Source: Macrostomum lignano (taxonomy: Eukaryota). Taken from it: a stretch of 48,869 bases of DNA. The position numbers were made by a program, and so were the translations under genes. The stretch is from assembly GCA_002269645.1 (NCBI GenBank), contig NIVC01002681.1, positions 1-48,869 on the forward strand. The letters are read 5' to 3'. Under the pieces are notes generated by a model. That model was not told the DNA's origin. It saw nothing but the letters and a program-made list of their open reading frames with translations, and did no database searches. Of this stretch, positions 12,455 to 23,444 are shown in pieces. Every line of letters starts with the position of its first letter. Position 1 is the first letter of the stretch.

Positions 12455-12736
12455 CTAGTCAGACTCAGCCTCTTCATCTATAGTTGTTAGCAGTTGTTGC
12501 TGTTGTTGCAACAATTGCTGCTCCTGCTGGTAAGAACAACCACCGCCTGTCGCTGACGAGACGAAACCGCGAGCTTTACAAGCCAGCGTGCAGTAGATGT
12601 GACAAACAATAGTCAGTTGGAATACCAATAGTGGAAATAGTACTGGCAGTACGAATATCGAACCAGATGACGTGTCTAATAGCCATAGTAGAGCGAAGGA
12701 ACACGAATAGAACAGTAGCCCAGCTGTGGAGTGCAT
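12455..12736 (-). CDS. Candidate 93-aa small protein with two hydrophobic segments and a polyQ/acidic tail, nested in PP2A B'' intron 1
   Basis: True ATG with A at -3 after a purine-rich leader. Hydrophobic stretches GLLFYSCSFALLWLL and IFVLPVLFPLLVFQLTIVCHIY. No family recognised. Confidence 0.3.
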   Translation of the reverse strand: MHSTAGLLFYSCSFALLWLLDTSSGSIFVLPVLFPLLVFQLTIVCHIYCTLACKARGFVSSATGGGCSYQQEQQLLQQQQQLLTTIDEEAESD

Positions 12737-13429
12737 GCTTGTTGAGGTCCTTTCTCTTTCTTTTGTATACAGTATATTATGTACAGCAGTTGTCCAGCTA
12801 ACGGTAACTAAATTATATGTATTTTATAGACTGCAAACAACATAAACTGGCCTTTCTACCTATATCTTTAAATACTGTGCTCCAGTTTGACTTGCTTAGC
12901 AATATATTTTTTCTCTGCTTCCGAGCTTGTGCACAACTAGCTGTAAGTATGTTTTTGCCACGCGGAATTCAGCGGAGGGGGGGGGGAGAGGAGGAACTGA
13001 ACTGAATGAACGAACAAGAGAAAGAAAGAGAAGAAAACCCGTAGAGCTAGGGGGGAAGGACAGCAGCTGCGGAGGCGCCTTGGTAAAATTCTGGATCATC
13101 GTTTTCCTTCTCTGCTTTGGCCTGCCTGTTCTCCTCTCTTCCCTTCACGAACCAACCAGTATGCGATGGCACGAGTGAGGGAGGTGGGGGGGAGGGGGAG
13201 AGGATGGATTCATCGTGCACTCCGCCTGATAGCCTGGTCAGAAAAATTGAGGCGTTTGAACAGGCCACTCGCGGGGAGGGGTAAGAAAACCAAAAACTTT
13301 CAGGAGCGCTCTCGGTTAGGGAGGTGGGGCAACAATGTACACAGACCCCACAGTGTAGAGTGTACATTGTACAAGACCAAAATAACAGCGGGGGGTAGCA
13401 GGCATGCAATCTGACACCCCCATTCAGCC

Positions 13430-13700
13430 CGGCTTCCTGTTCAAGCGCCGCGCGAGACACTCCGATCTCTTCAACAGCCCCTGCCGCAGCACCCCCACCC
13501 CAGACAGCCCCTCAATTCCACTTCCTACCCCCTTATTATACTTAGACTGAACTGGACAAATATAAATTAAGTAACGATATATATAGAGGTTGGTAGTGCG
13601 CTGCGGGGGGCCTGCCCTTGCGGGGTGCCTACAGCTAAAAATAAAGAGCTTGTGTCTGGCGCCTGGCTGAGCATTTGAGCTGTGAAAAAAATGGCGGACC
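13430..13700. promoter_or_regulatory. Candidate intronic promoter: GC-rich island with a YY1-like motif
   Basis: aaaatggcgg at 13688-13697 matches the YY1 consensus AANATGGCG. Local CpG enrichment inside an AT-rich intron. Confidence 0.4.
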
Positions 13701-14282
13701 TGAGTAACAGAGTTAAGTTCACGAAAAAATGTTAGGATTTTCTATTCGTTTACTACCTACGTTTTTATTCCCGATGGAGTTGGCTCATGAAGTATTATCA
13801 CGAGAGAGGCGAGGGGGAGATATAAAATCCTTAAATTCGAATGTATACTCGTTTGGATTGGGTTTTATAAAAATAGGCCATAAAAATGTCCATCCTACGA
13901 ACAAAAATTCACACGCATTTTTTGCCACCAATTACAGTCAGTATATATTTTTCAGTAATTTCATTTCGTCTAAAAAGCAGTGGAAAAAATTACACGGTCA
14001 ATTGACATTTTGCGTAAAAACTGTTTCAGTCTATTAATGAAAATTTTTTGCTCATAAATCATAAACAAAATATTTTGTTACTGTATAGCGTTTCTCTTGG
14101 ATTTTGAATTACACATCGAGAATATGTACATAGCAGTGATGGCACTATAGAAACTATAAAAATATTGATCCAACACTGCAATAAAACATTCAATTATTTA
14201 GAAATAAGCTTGCAACAGCTTGGCATACGTCGATTAAAGTACCTTAAGTTTTGACACAGTCGAACTCATCCTTACCAAATAA

Positions 14283-14527
14283 CACCCTAGCGTTGATTTG
14301 CTAAACATCTAATCCTACTCTACCCCCTACCAAAGTACACCCCAGCACTGATTGGCTAAGCCCTTCGTCCCCTCTACCCCTTCCAAATCACACCCTAGCG
14401 CTGATTGGCTAAACCCTTCGTCCCTCTCTACCCCCTACCAAATAATAACTCAGTGCTGATTGGCTAAGCCCTTCGTCCCTCTGTACCCCTACCAAATCAC
14501 AACCAACCAGTGTTGATTGGCCAAACT
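14283..14527. repeat. Five ~55-bp tandem units, each with a CCAAT-box-like core (tgattggct; the first is the variant tgatttgct)
   Basis: gatt(g/t)g cores at 14295, 14350, 14403, 14458 and 14515. Confidence 0.8.
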
Positions 14528-14624
14528 GATCATACCTAAGCTCTTATTATTCACCAAAAACATTCGTAAAATGTGAAAATCACGCAAAAAACAACCCAAA
14601 TTGATAAGAAATCAAAAAGCTCAC

Positions 14625-14978
14625 CATAGCTCTTCTAGGCGATACTCCACCGCTGCTACTACCATTGCCGCCATTCTTAATCGGCGCCTGTCGCCTTGGC
14701 GACCTAGGACTATAGGATCTAAGGCCGCCAGGCGTATTTAGATGATGATGCGGCGGAGTCTGAGGCCTAGGCGACGTCAACATGCCGCCAGCTGCGTGCT
14801 GATGCGGGCCAAGCGTAGGCGTTGGCTCAGCAACGGCAAGCATAGCAGCTAGAGATTCGCCTTCTAATAATTGTTGCAGATTTTCTCTCAGCACAGACAT
14901 TGTAGCCTCTTCGGTGAACCATCTTAGAAATAATTCGTCAATTTTCACCCGCAACAGCGGGCGAGATACTGTCTTCAT
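14625..14978 (-). CDS. PPP2R3B: PP2A B'' subunit, first coding exon (PR70-type N-terminus)
   Basis: MKTVSRPLLRVKIDELFLRWFTE matches the PPP2R3B N-terminal motif (LKMKVDELFLYWLSE). ATG at 14978 (the track start at 14984 is GTG). Phase-0 donor GTGAGC at 14624. Confidence 0.88.
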
Positions 14979-15690
14979 GCCCACTATTTGTTTTCACTTT
15001 GGTGATCGGTTTTATTACAGCATGGGTCAAATCGAATTAGTTAGAGTTATTATAAATGATTGTTTACACCATTCATCTAGCTAAAAATGCACTGACTACC
15101 GCAACTGTCGGTAGAATAATCATGAAAGGTAAAGGTAAAGTTAAGTTTAATACAAAATTATCATATTGAAATATTACTAGAAAAGTGTTTCTAATTCAAA
15201 TTATTTACCTAGCACTAAATCAACTACTATGAGTACTAAATAAAAAAATAATTCAAAACTATTTAGTAGTAAAACATGCTTTCAAGTGACTTATAATCAC
15301 AATATAATTTTGTTTTTTGTACAAAAAATACACAAAAAAAGCTTAGTATATAAATCAGATCTTTATTCACGTCACATTGCCAATTTAATTTTTATAGTAC
15401 AGGGTACAAACGGAAAATATCCCATACGAGCTAGAATAAAACATTATTCATACTACTGATTTTACGGTTAAGTAGCGTATAACGAACATAACAGAAAGAA
15501 ATTTACTTCATTTTGAAAATATATAGTTTTCTTGCAGATGTTTTACTAGGTTTACTACTTAAAGTACAACATCAAACAATACGTCAATTATATAAATCAA
15601 TCAGTCAATCAGAATAAACTTGGTTTATTATATTGTTTTTCTTCAGTAAAACACATCTAGAAAGCCGACAAATAGACCGAATAGATGGAT

Positions 15691-16255
15691 TTAAGAACTG
15701 TGCAGAATCCTATTGAACGCATTGTAGCCGCTCTCCATGTCGAACACCATCTGTCGAGCCTGAGCTTCATCCAATTCATCCGACGCGCCTAGCCCAGCTA
15801 GCACGTCCAGCCACTCTTTCACCTTGGCTTTGCCCTCGAAATCAGTCGGCAGCATTGACATTCTATTCATAGTTTCCATCAGTTCGCGCAGATTCGGATC
15901 CAATTGATCCTTGGACAGCATATTCAATCGCAGATTGTCCATTATGGTGATGTACAGGGCCACAATATCAGCAATACAGCGACTAGTATTGCCTTTGTCA
16001 TCCTTAATAGTGATTGGTCGGTCCTCTTTAATCCGACTGATAGCGGCTGGACAGTTCATTCGGTAGCGGGCTACGAATGTCTCCAAATCGGGATATTCGT
16101 CGCATTGCACCTGCCTGAATGCTGCTTTGTACTGGACAATTAGCTTAGAACAGGCGGCTGTGTACTCTTTAGCCGGGATGCAATCTTTAATGTACATCTT
16201 CTCCAGATTTTGCAGGGTGTTTAGCACAGCGTACAGCTCGGCCAGGTTGTCGTAT
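15691..16255 (-). CDS. VPS28: ESCRT-I subunit VPS28, second coding exon
   Basis: [24 protein letters not shown]...[17 protein letters not shown]...[22 protein letters not shown]...[16 protein letters not shown]. ctcag acceptor at 16256-16257, TAA at 15691. Confidence 0.97.
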
Positions 16256-16477
16256 CTGAGAGAATTTAAAGTAGTAAAAACATTTTTATTGTCAAAACAA
16301 GTCTCATGTCTACTAAAGTCAAGATGGACAATATTCTAATTAAAATTTAGCAATCAAATTTTGTAAAAGAAGGCCAGCTCTGCTTTGGCCTGCATAAGGG
16401 GGGGGGCTTCATAATACCAAAATTGTGTGACAGCATCTCAGTTGGTTGGGGAATGGGGCCATTTTTAATAGACTTAC

Positions 16478-16539
16478 TTTTCACGTTCTCGAGTATTTCG
16501 ATACAATTTCACTTCTTCGTAGAGCTCTTGGCGAATCAT
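16478..16539 (-). CDS. VPS28: VPS28 first visible coding exon (MIRQELYEEVKLYRNTREREK)
   Basis: Conserved ELYEEVKLY..AREREK motif. gtaagt donor at 16477 in the correct phase. Strong acceptor tcttttcttccag 8 nt upstream of the ATG at 16539. Confidence 0.9.
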
Positions 16540-17432
16540 ACTTGGAGCTGGAAGAAAAGATAAGAAGTTTATTTGTGCTGTTATATCATTACTTATTAGA
16601 ATTAATCATAACTGATGTAGATGGACACCCAATGCACACAATGCAGTGCCTTGGCTCTTCAAAGGAGTAAAAAAACAGCATTTAGTTCATAACATTGGGC
16701 ATGTACACAAGCATTTTATAGACAATGACTGCAAAAATCTCTAGCTGCTTTAACATACTTTCATATCTAATACAGATGGGAACTATGTACTATTTGTAGT
16801 ATTTGGCTTCAATTTAAGTAAAAAAATAATTAAAAAATGAAAATAGAATAAAAGTAGAATTTTCCAAGTAGAATAGCAAATGAGATTTAAATGATAAGAC
16901 TGAAGTGAATAGGATTTTTAATTGACTAGGAAGGATATATATATATGATATATATGTTCTTATAAATTAATCAACAAGTAAGAAATATTGCCTAATCAAT
17001 TTAAAATAACTATTAAATTAAAATTTACCATCATTAACAATGGTAAAAACCTATATGGGAAGAGAAATGTAGCATATTATATTGCAAATAAATTGGCAAA
17101 AAAGCTTTTGTTCCTAGAAAATTCATGGATTTTCTATAAAAAATGTTTATTTAAAAATTCAACAAAGGTATTGCTCTATTTATTAATTTTAATATCATGC
17201 TTATACTACCAAAAGTTGTCATATGTTGCTTCCTGTTCTATCTTATAAAGATACTAATACTACAAAAATGCACTAGAAGTTTTACCTAGCCTTATTTTAT
17301 AAATCTCTAATAGCTAATACAAGTATCAAAGTTGCCATAGTGGGAACTTCACTTTTGTTGATTATAGTTGTAATTTGTACATTAGTATATAGACTTCTTA
17401 ACTCTAAAATACAATCAGATATACTAAAAATG

Positions 17433-17488
17433 TCCTATATACTAAAAATGAGTTGTCTGTATGTATGAGATAGATTTCAGAAAAAACG
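17433..17488 (+). mobile_element. Orphan 5' terminus (TC...) of the Helitron family found at 20209-26956
   Basis: tcctatatactaaaaatgagttgtctgtatg...gatagatttcagaaaaaa matches the reverse complement of about 26895-26956. Confidence 0.75.
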
Positions 17489-17985
17489 TTATCACTAATA
17501 TTGTAACTAGTTTCTTAATATCATTGCCACATGTATTATATGTCCTTTACTGCTCATATACCTTTATTAGTATGCCATATATACTATATAGCTTACATTA
17601 TAGCATATATATCTTTTGCATAAGTGGTTATTATATTGCTATGTTTAGAATCCTATAGAAGAATAGCATATATTTACATGTTTAAACATTTTTATATAGT
17701 TTCTTTATTACAAAATGAATTAGTATCAGGATCATTTATCTAGGCAGTTTTTTATTTCTTAAAGTGATTTGCTTAGACTATTTCTAGGATGGTTTTTGCT
17801 GTTAAATGGTTATAAATCCTTCTAATACTTGCTTTTAAGGCCCTTTTTAATTAAAAAAATAAAGCAAGTCTCATTAAAAATGCCACTTCGAGCTATAGTT
17901 TGCTTTACAATACCATGACTTTTGCTTTAAATGTTAGTAAATAAAGAGACAATGTCAAAACTTAGAGCACTTTATTAATATTATT

Positions 17986-20026
17986 TTGATTACCAAATTT
18001 ACCAAATTTAATCAAAATGAAGTGCTTTATAGTTTTGATGCTGTCTCTTTACTTACTAACATTCTGCTGGAGTTTGCTATTAACCTTGCCACTGATACTG
18101 TATTCCAATATTTGAAACCAGATTTAGACAAAGAAACTTTCTGCAAACTCCTCACCTTTGCCACTAAAGGAATCTTCATGTTTAAGAATAAGCTTTACTG
18201 GAAGATTGATGGCTATGACATAGGGAGCCCTTTAGCCCCCACCTTGGCCAATCTTTGTCTGGCTCATTGGGAAGAGGAATGGATAAAGAGTGATATGGCC
18301 TACAAATTCTATAAGAGATATGTTGATAACTCTTTTTGTTTTCAATGAAGGGACTGACTATAGCCAATTCTTAGACATTTTGAACAGCACTTATCCCAAC
18401 ATAAAATTCACTGCTGAAAGAGATGGGAAATCTATACCTATTTTAGACATTCAGATTTTTGTTGAAAACAATTGTGTGTCTACCAAAGTTTAATGTAAAC
18501 CCACCTACACTGGTCTTCTGCTAAACTTCAATGCTCTGCCCAGCCTAATGGAAAGTGGGCCTACTGCGTGGTATGTCCCACTGGGCTTTTGAAATCTATA
18601 GCACTTGGACTAGTTTCCATGAAGAAATTTGCTTGATTAGCACCTATTTTTCCAAAACAACAACAACAACAACAGAGTACGCTGCCGGATCACAAAAGCA
18701 ACGTCAGTTGGCACGCTTCGAAGCCTGGGCGCGAACAAAGGCCGCATTGCCGGCAGAGTCCGGGGCGCCGGCGTCAGCCAGCAGACAGTCGACGTAGCGC
18801 CGTGTCCTCGCTTGTCCCCGCCGGTAGGGTGCCTGCAACGTAAGTAGCAGCACCTCCTGCACCGGCTCCGGACAGTAGGCCTCGGCGCGGATGACGTGGC
18901 CTGCCAGCTGGAGTCGCCGACGGCGCAGCAGATCGCTAGGACGGGCCAGGCCGGCGCGATGGTAGAGCGCCGTGTTGGTGACTCGCTCGTTGCCGATCTT
19001 GAAGGCGGCGCGCAGCAGGCCAGCGTGCGCCGCGTCGACTTGAGCCTCGAGCGAGTCTGTCAGCGTCCAGGTCTCGGCGTTGTATAACAGGACGGTTTCG
19101 ATCACCGCCTGGAACAGCGCCGCCCTCTGGCGGTCCGGTAGGGCCTCGGACTGCAGGACTGACCTTATAGAACGAAAGGCAGCCCAGGCAAGTCCTCGGC
19201 GACGCCACAGATCCTCGCGAACGTCGGGAACCAGACCGCCGAGGTAGACGAACTGCTGACATCTTGGAAGCTCACTCGCCTGTCCGTCAGCGCCTCGGCA
19301 GAAGATTGCAGCCTCGGTGTCGACCGGCACGCATAGCACGACGGTCTTCTGCGTGTTGACCACCAGGCCGACGCTCGCCGCAACGGCAACCAGCCTATCC
19401 AGCTGTCGTTGGGCGCCCTCGACGGTCGAGGACCAAAAACAATTACCTGAAATGATTCCTCAATTACCACATTAGGAAATTCATTGATGGTAAAGTTGGG
19501 AATCTGAACAATAGACAGAATAAGGAAGAACAGAAAGATCTGAGGACTAATTGCACCCATATCTCCATTCCTTTCTATGGGCCTACTTCTATTCATTTTA
19601 AAAAGAACCTCATCAGAGCGTTTAATAAGTATTTAAATGTGAAGCTCATGGTCACTTTCTGTTGCAAGAAAATTGGTCAATTTGTTTAGAATTTGAAATG
19701 TTGTATTTCTAGCTCCTTATAGGCAGGTGTCAATTACCAATTTCAATGTTCTGGTGACCAGAGTATCACCTACATAGGTTAAACTACCCAACATCTATAC
19801 ATAAGAAGTAAAGAACATAGGCAAAAGATGTCAGCCATGCATGACCACTTGATGATATGCACAGAATGCTATGACAGCCAAATAGATAAAAACTTTTTAC
19901 CATCTATACATGCTCAAATGAGTACAGACTGAAAGTGCTTGAGGTCCTATATATACATTGTGTAAACCAATCCTAAATAAGCAGCTTGCCAATAATGGTG
20001 CCAATGCCCTCCTTAGAGTATTCTAG
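17986..20026 (+). mobile_element. Degenerate Penelope-like retroelement (RT + GIY-YIG endonuclease), 5'-truncated and split by a LINE insertion
   Basis: RT motifs SFDAVSLLTNI, GSPLAPTLANL, RYVDN (catalytic YVDD mutated), LNSTYPNIKFT, KPTYTGLLLNF. After the insertion, GVNYQFQCSGD..TYIG*TTQHLYIRSKEH (19726-19818) and KPILNKQL. Multiple stops and frameshifts. Confidence 0.88.
18659..19432 (-). mobile_element. 5'-truncated RTE-type non-LTR retrotransposon with a (GTT)n tail and about 9-bp TSD
   Basis: End of RT and C-terminal domain: EGAQRQLDRLVAVAASVGLVVNTQKT, FVYLGG, AWAAF, LLYNAETWTLT, RRRRLQLAGHVIR. Intact frame, high GC, very short 3' UTR. TSD ccaaaacaa (18652-18660) / ccaaaaacaa (19433-19442). 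Confidence 0.9.
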
Positions 20027-20344
20027 GTATACACTTGTGCTCATCTCACTCTTTCTTTTTTTCTTTCTCTCTCTTTCTCTCTCTCTCTTTCCCTTTCTCC
20101 TTCTTTCTCTCCTCTCATTGCAACTATATAAGTGCTCCGTTGGACTGTACAATCTACTGTTAATTTAATATACATTTCTAACTTTTATTGACCTGTTTTT
20201 AGTTTTAACTAGCAATCTTCGCCCCCCGATGGGGGACATCTAGATAGAATCTCTGTTCTCTACAAGTATCAATAAGATAACCAAACAAACCCTTCACATA
20301 GTCAATAGAAAAACTGCTCAGATGAAGTGCAATGCAAAAAGAAA

Positions 20345-20690
20345 ACATCCTAAGACAGCAAGCATCCCCTCAGATAGCAAGCACCTCCAGATAGCAAGCA
20401 CCCCCCCAGATAGCAGGCACCCCCAGTTAGCAAGCACCCCCCAGATAGCAGGCACCCCCAGATAGCAGGCACATCCAGATAGCAGGCACCCCCAGAAAGC
20501 AAGCACCCCCAGATAGCAAGCACCCCCAGATAGCAGGCACCCCAGATAGCAGGCACCCCCAGATAGCAAGCACTTCCAGATAGCAAGCACCCCCAGATAG
20601 CAAGCACTTCCAGATAGCAAGCACCCCCAGATAGCAAGCACCCCCAGATAGCAGGCTCTCCCAGATAGCAAGCACCCCCAGATAGCAAGC
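20345..20690. repeat. 18-20-bp minisatellite (agcacccccagatagca) inside Helitron copy 1
   Basis: Tandem periodicity. Explains the GGACYLG-type ORFs. Confidence 0.92.
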
Positions 20691-22360
20691 GACATGGTGG
20701 CTTTTTACTGTTCGACATGGTGGCTCTTTAATGTTTGACATGGTGGCTCTTTAATGTTCGAAATGGTGGCTCTTTAATGTTTGACATAAAGTCACATACA
20801 TGTTTGACATGGTGGCTCTTTAATGTTTGACATAAAGTCACATACATGTTTGACATGGTGGCTCTTTAATGTTTTACATGGTGGCTCTTTAATGTTTGAC
20901 ATGGTGGTTCTTTAATGTTCGACATGGTGGTTATTTAATGTTTGACATGGTGGCTCTTTAATGTTCGACATGGTGGCCCTTTAATGTTCGACATGGTGGC
21001 TCTTTACTGTTAGACATGGTGGCTCTTTAATGTTCGATATGGTGGCACTTTAATGATTGACATCATGCCAGATTTATGTTTGACATGGTGGCTCTTTAAT
21101 GTTCGACATGGTGGCTCCTTTAGATTTGACATAATGGCTCTTTAATGTTTGACATGGTGGCTCTTTAATGTTCGATATGGTGGCTCTTTTATGTTTGACA
21201 TGGTGGCTCTTTAATGTTTCACATAATGGCTCTTTAATGTTTAACATGGTGGCTCTTTAATGTTCTTCATGATGTAGCTCTTTTATGTTACACATAGTGG
21301 CACTTTAACGTTCGACATGGTGGCTCTTTAATGTTTGACATAAAGTCACATATATGTTTGACATGGTGGCTCTTAAATGTTTGACATGGTGGCTCTTAAA
21401 TGTTCGACATGGTGGCTCTTAAATGTTTGACATGGTGGCTCTTAAATGTTTGACATGGTGGCTCTTTTATGTTCGACATGGTGGCTCTTTAATGTTTCAC
21501 ATGGTGGCTCTTTAATATTCTACATGGTGGCTCTTTTATGTTTGACATGGTGGCTCTTTAATGTTCTTCATGGTATAGCTCTTTTATGGTAGACATAGTG
21601 GCTCTTTAATGTTTGACAATGTGGCTCTTTAATGTTTGACATGGTGGCTCTTTAATGTTTGACATAAAGTCACATATATGTTTGACATGGTGGCTCTTAA
21701 ATGTTTGACATGGTGGCTCTTAAATGTTTGACATGGTGGCTCTTAAATGTTTGACATGATGGCTCTTAAATGTTTGACATGGTGGCTCTTAAATGTTTGA
21801 CATGGTGGCTCTTTTATGTTCGACATGGTGGCTCTTAAATGTTTGACATGGTGGCTCTTTTATGTTCGACATGGTGGCTCTTTAATGTTTGACATAAAGT
21901 CACATATATGTTTGACATGGTGCCTCTTGAATGTTCAACATGGTGGATCTCTTTTGTTCCACATGGTAACTCTTATGTTTGATACGGTGGCTTTTTTATG
22001 TCTGACATGTTGGCTCTTTAATGTTCGACATGGTGGCTCTTTAATGTTCGACATGGTCGCTCTTTAATGTTCAAAATGGTGGCTCTTTTATGTTCGACAT
22101 GGTGGCTCTTTAATGTTTGACTTGTTGGCTCCTAATTGTTTGACATAGTGGCTCTTTAATGTTCAAAATGGTGGCTCTTTAATGTTCGAAATGGTGGCTC
22201 TTTAATGTTGGAAATGGTGGCTCTTTTATGTTTGACATAGTGGGTCTTTTATGTTTGACATGGTGGGTCTTTTATGTTTGACATGGTGGCTCTTCTATGT
22301 TTGACATGGTAACTCTTTTATGTTCGATATGTTGGCTCTTCTATGTTTGACATTGCGCTT
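20690..22360. repeat. 23-bp satellite (gacatggtggctctttaatgtt[ct]) inside Helitron copy 1
   Basis: About 70 diverged tandem units with interspersed gacataaagtcacata variant units. Confidence 0.95.
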
Positions 22361-22419
22361 CTTTGATGTTTAGCAGTTTTGTTGTGTTTTCAAGGTGTTT
22401 TAATAAAAAAAATATTTTT

Positions 22420-22490
22420 TGCCCTACTAAGATTTGAACCCAGGTCGCTACATTAGCATTCCAGTCTGTTTGCATCAGGGCTATCTCTTT
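22420..22490 (-). other. tRNA-derived Pol III promoter-like cassette inside Helitron copy 1
   Basis: A-box-like tagccctgatg and B-box-like gggttcaaatc at tRNA spacing, with a T8 run just downstream. Confidence 0.55.
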
Positions 22491-23104
22491 TTAATTGGAG
22501 AACATAAATTGTGGCCCTTATAATTCAATTCTTTCAGCAAGTCAATTGGAGTAAAAAGTTATGACATAATCAATTTCTCAGTCAGCCAGTATCAGTCTCA
22601 ATTTAAGTTAGCAATATGGTTACGCAATTTAAATCATGTCGTGTGTGCATTTCTTCGGCACTGTTTTCAACTTGTTGTGATGCAATCTTTATCAGAATTG
22701 GAATTCAGTCAGTCAGTTTTTTCTCTAGCATTCTTACAATGCATTTCAAGTCGAAAATTTGGCTTGACCTTTGCAAAAAAGCATGTTTTTCGAATATTTA
22801 ATCCCTTTAACATTGAGCAATTTCTTAGCCAAGATGCATGTACCGTCCCAGGAAAATTTCTGATCGAATGGTGCAAGTTTGAAGAAAATCGGTTGAGCCA
22901 ATTTTTCTGAAATCTATCGCATAGCTAGTTACAGACATTTCATTTTTAGTATATAGGACTAGCAATCTTCGCCCCCCGTTGGGGGACATCTGTATAGAAC
23001 CTCTGTTCTCTACAAGTAACAAAAAGATAGCCAAAAAAGGCCTTCACAAAGAAAACAGACAAAATACTCAAAGGAAGTGCAATGCAAAAAGAAATCATCC
23101 CAAG

Positions 23105-23375
23105 ACAGCAAGCATCCCCCAGATAGCAAGCATCTTCCAGATTACAAGCAACCCCCAGATAGCAAGCATCCCCCAGATAGCAAGCATCCCCCAGATAGCA
23201 AGCATCCCCCAGATAGCAAGCATCCGCCAGATAGCAAGCATCTTCCAGATTACAAGCAGCCCCCAGATAGCAAGCATCCCCCAGATAGCAAGCATCCCCC
23301 AGATAGCAAGCATCCGCCAGATAGCAAGCATCCCCTACATAGATAGCATCCCCAAATAGCAAGCATCCACCAGAC
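23105..23375. repeat. 19-bp minisatellite (agcaagcatcccccagat) inside Helitron copy 2
   Basis: Tandem periodicity. Explains the DSKHPP/IASIPQ ORFs. Confidence 0.92.
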
Positions 23376-23444
23376 AATAAGTAGCTAGTGCGATAATTTC
23401 CTTAGCATTATAGTGGCTCCTTTAAAATTCGCTTACTTTTATGT

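Larger units (their letters stand above)
20209..22958 (-). mobile_element. Non-autonomous Helitron, copy 1 (2750 bp)
   Basis: On the minus strand: 5'-TC at 22958-22957, GC hairpin gtcccccatcggggggc (20221-20237) 8 nt before 3'-CTAG (20209-20212), followed by T. No TSD. Confidence 0.88.

Noticed and set aside
19417-19431. Perfect hairpin cctcgac-g-gtcgagg at the LINE 5' truncation, suggesting twin priming
   Set aside because: It reads in frame as native RT sequence (SSTVEG), so no inversion is needed.
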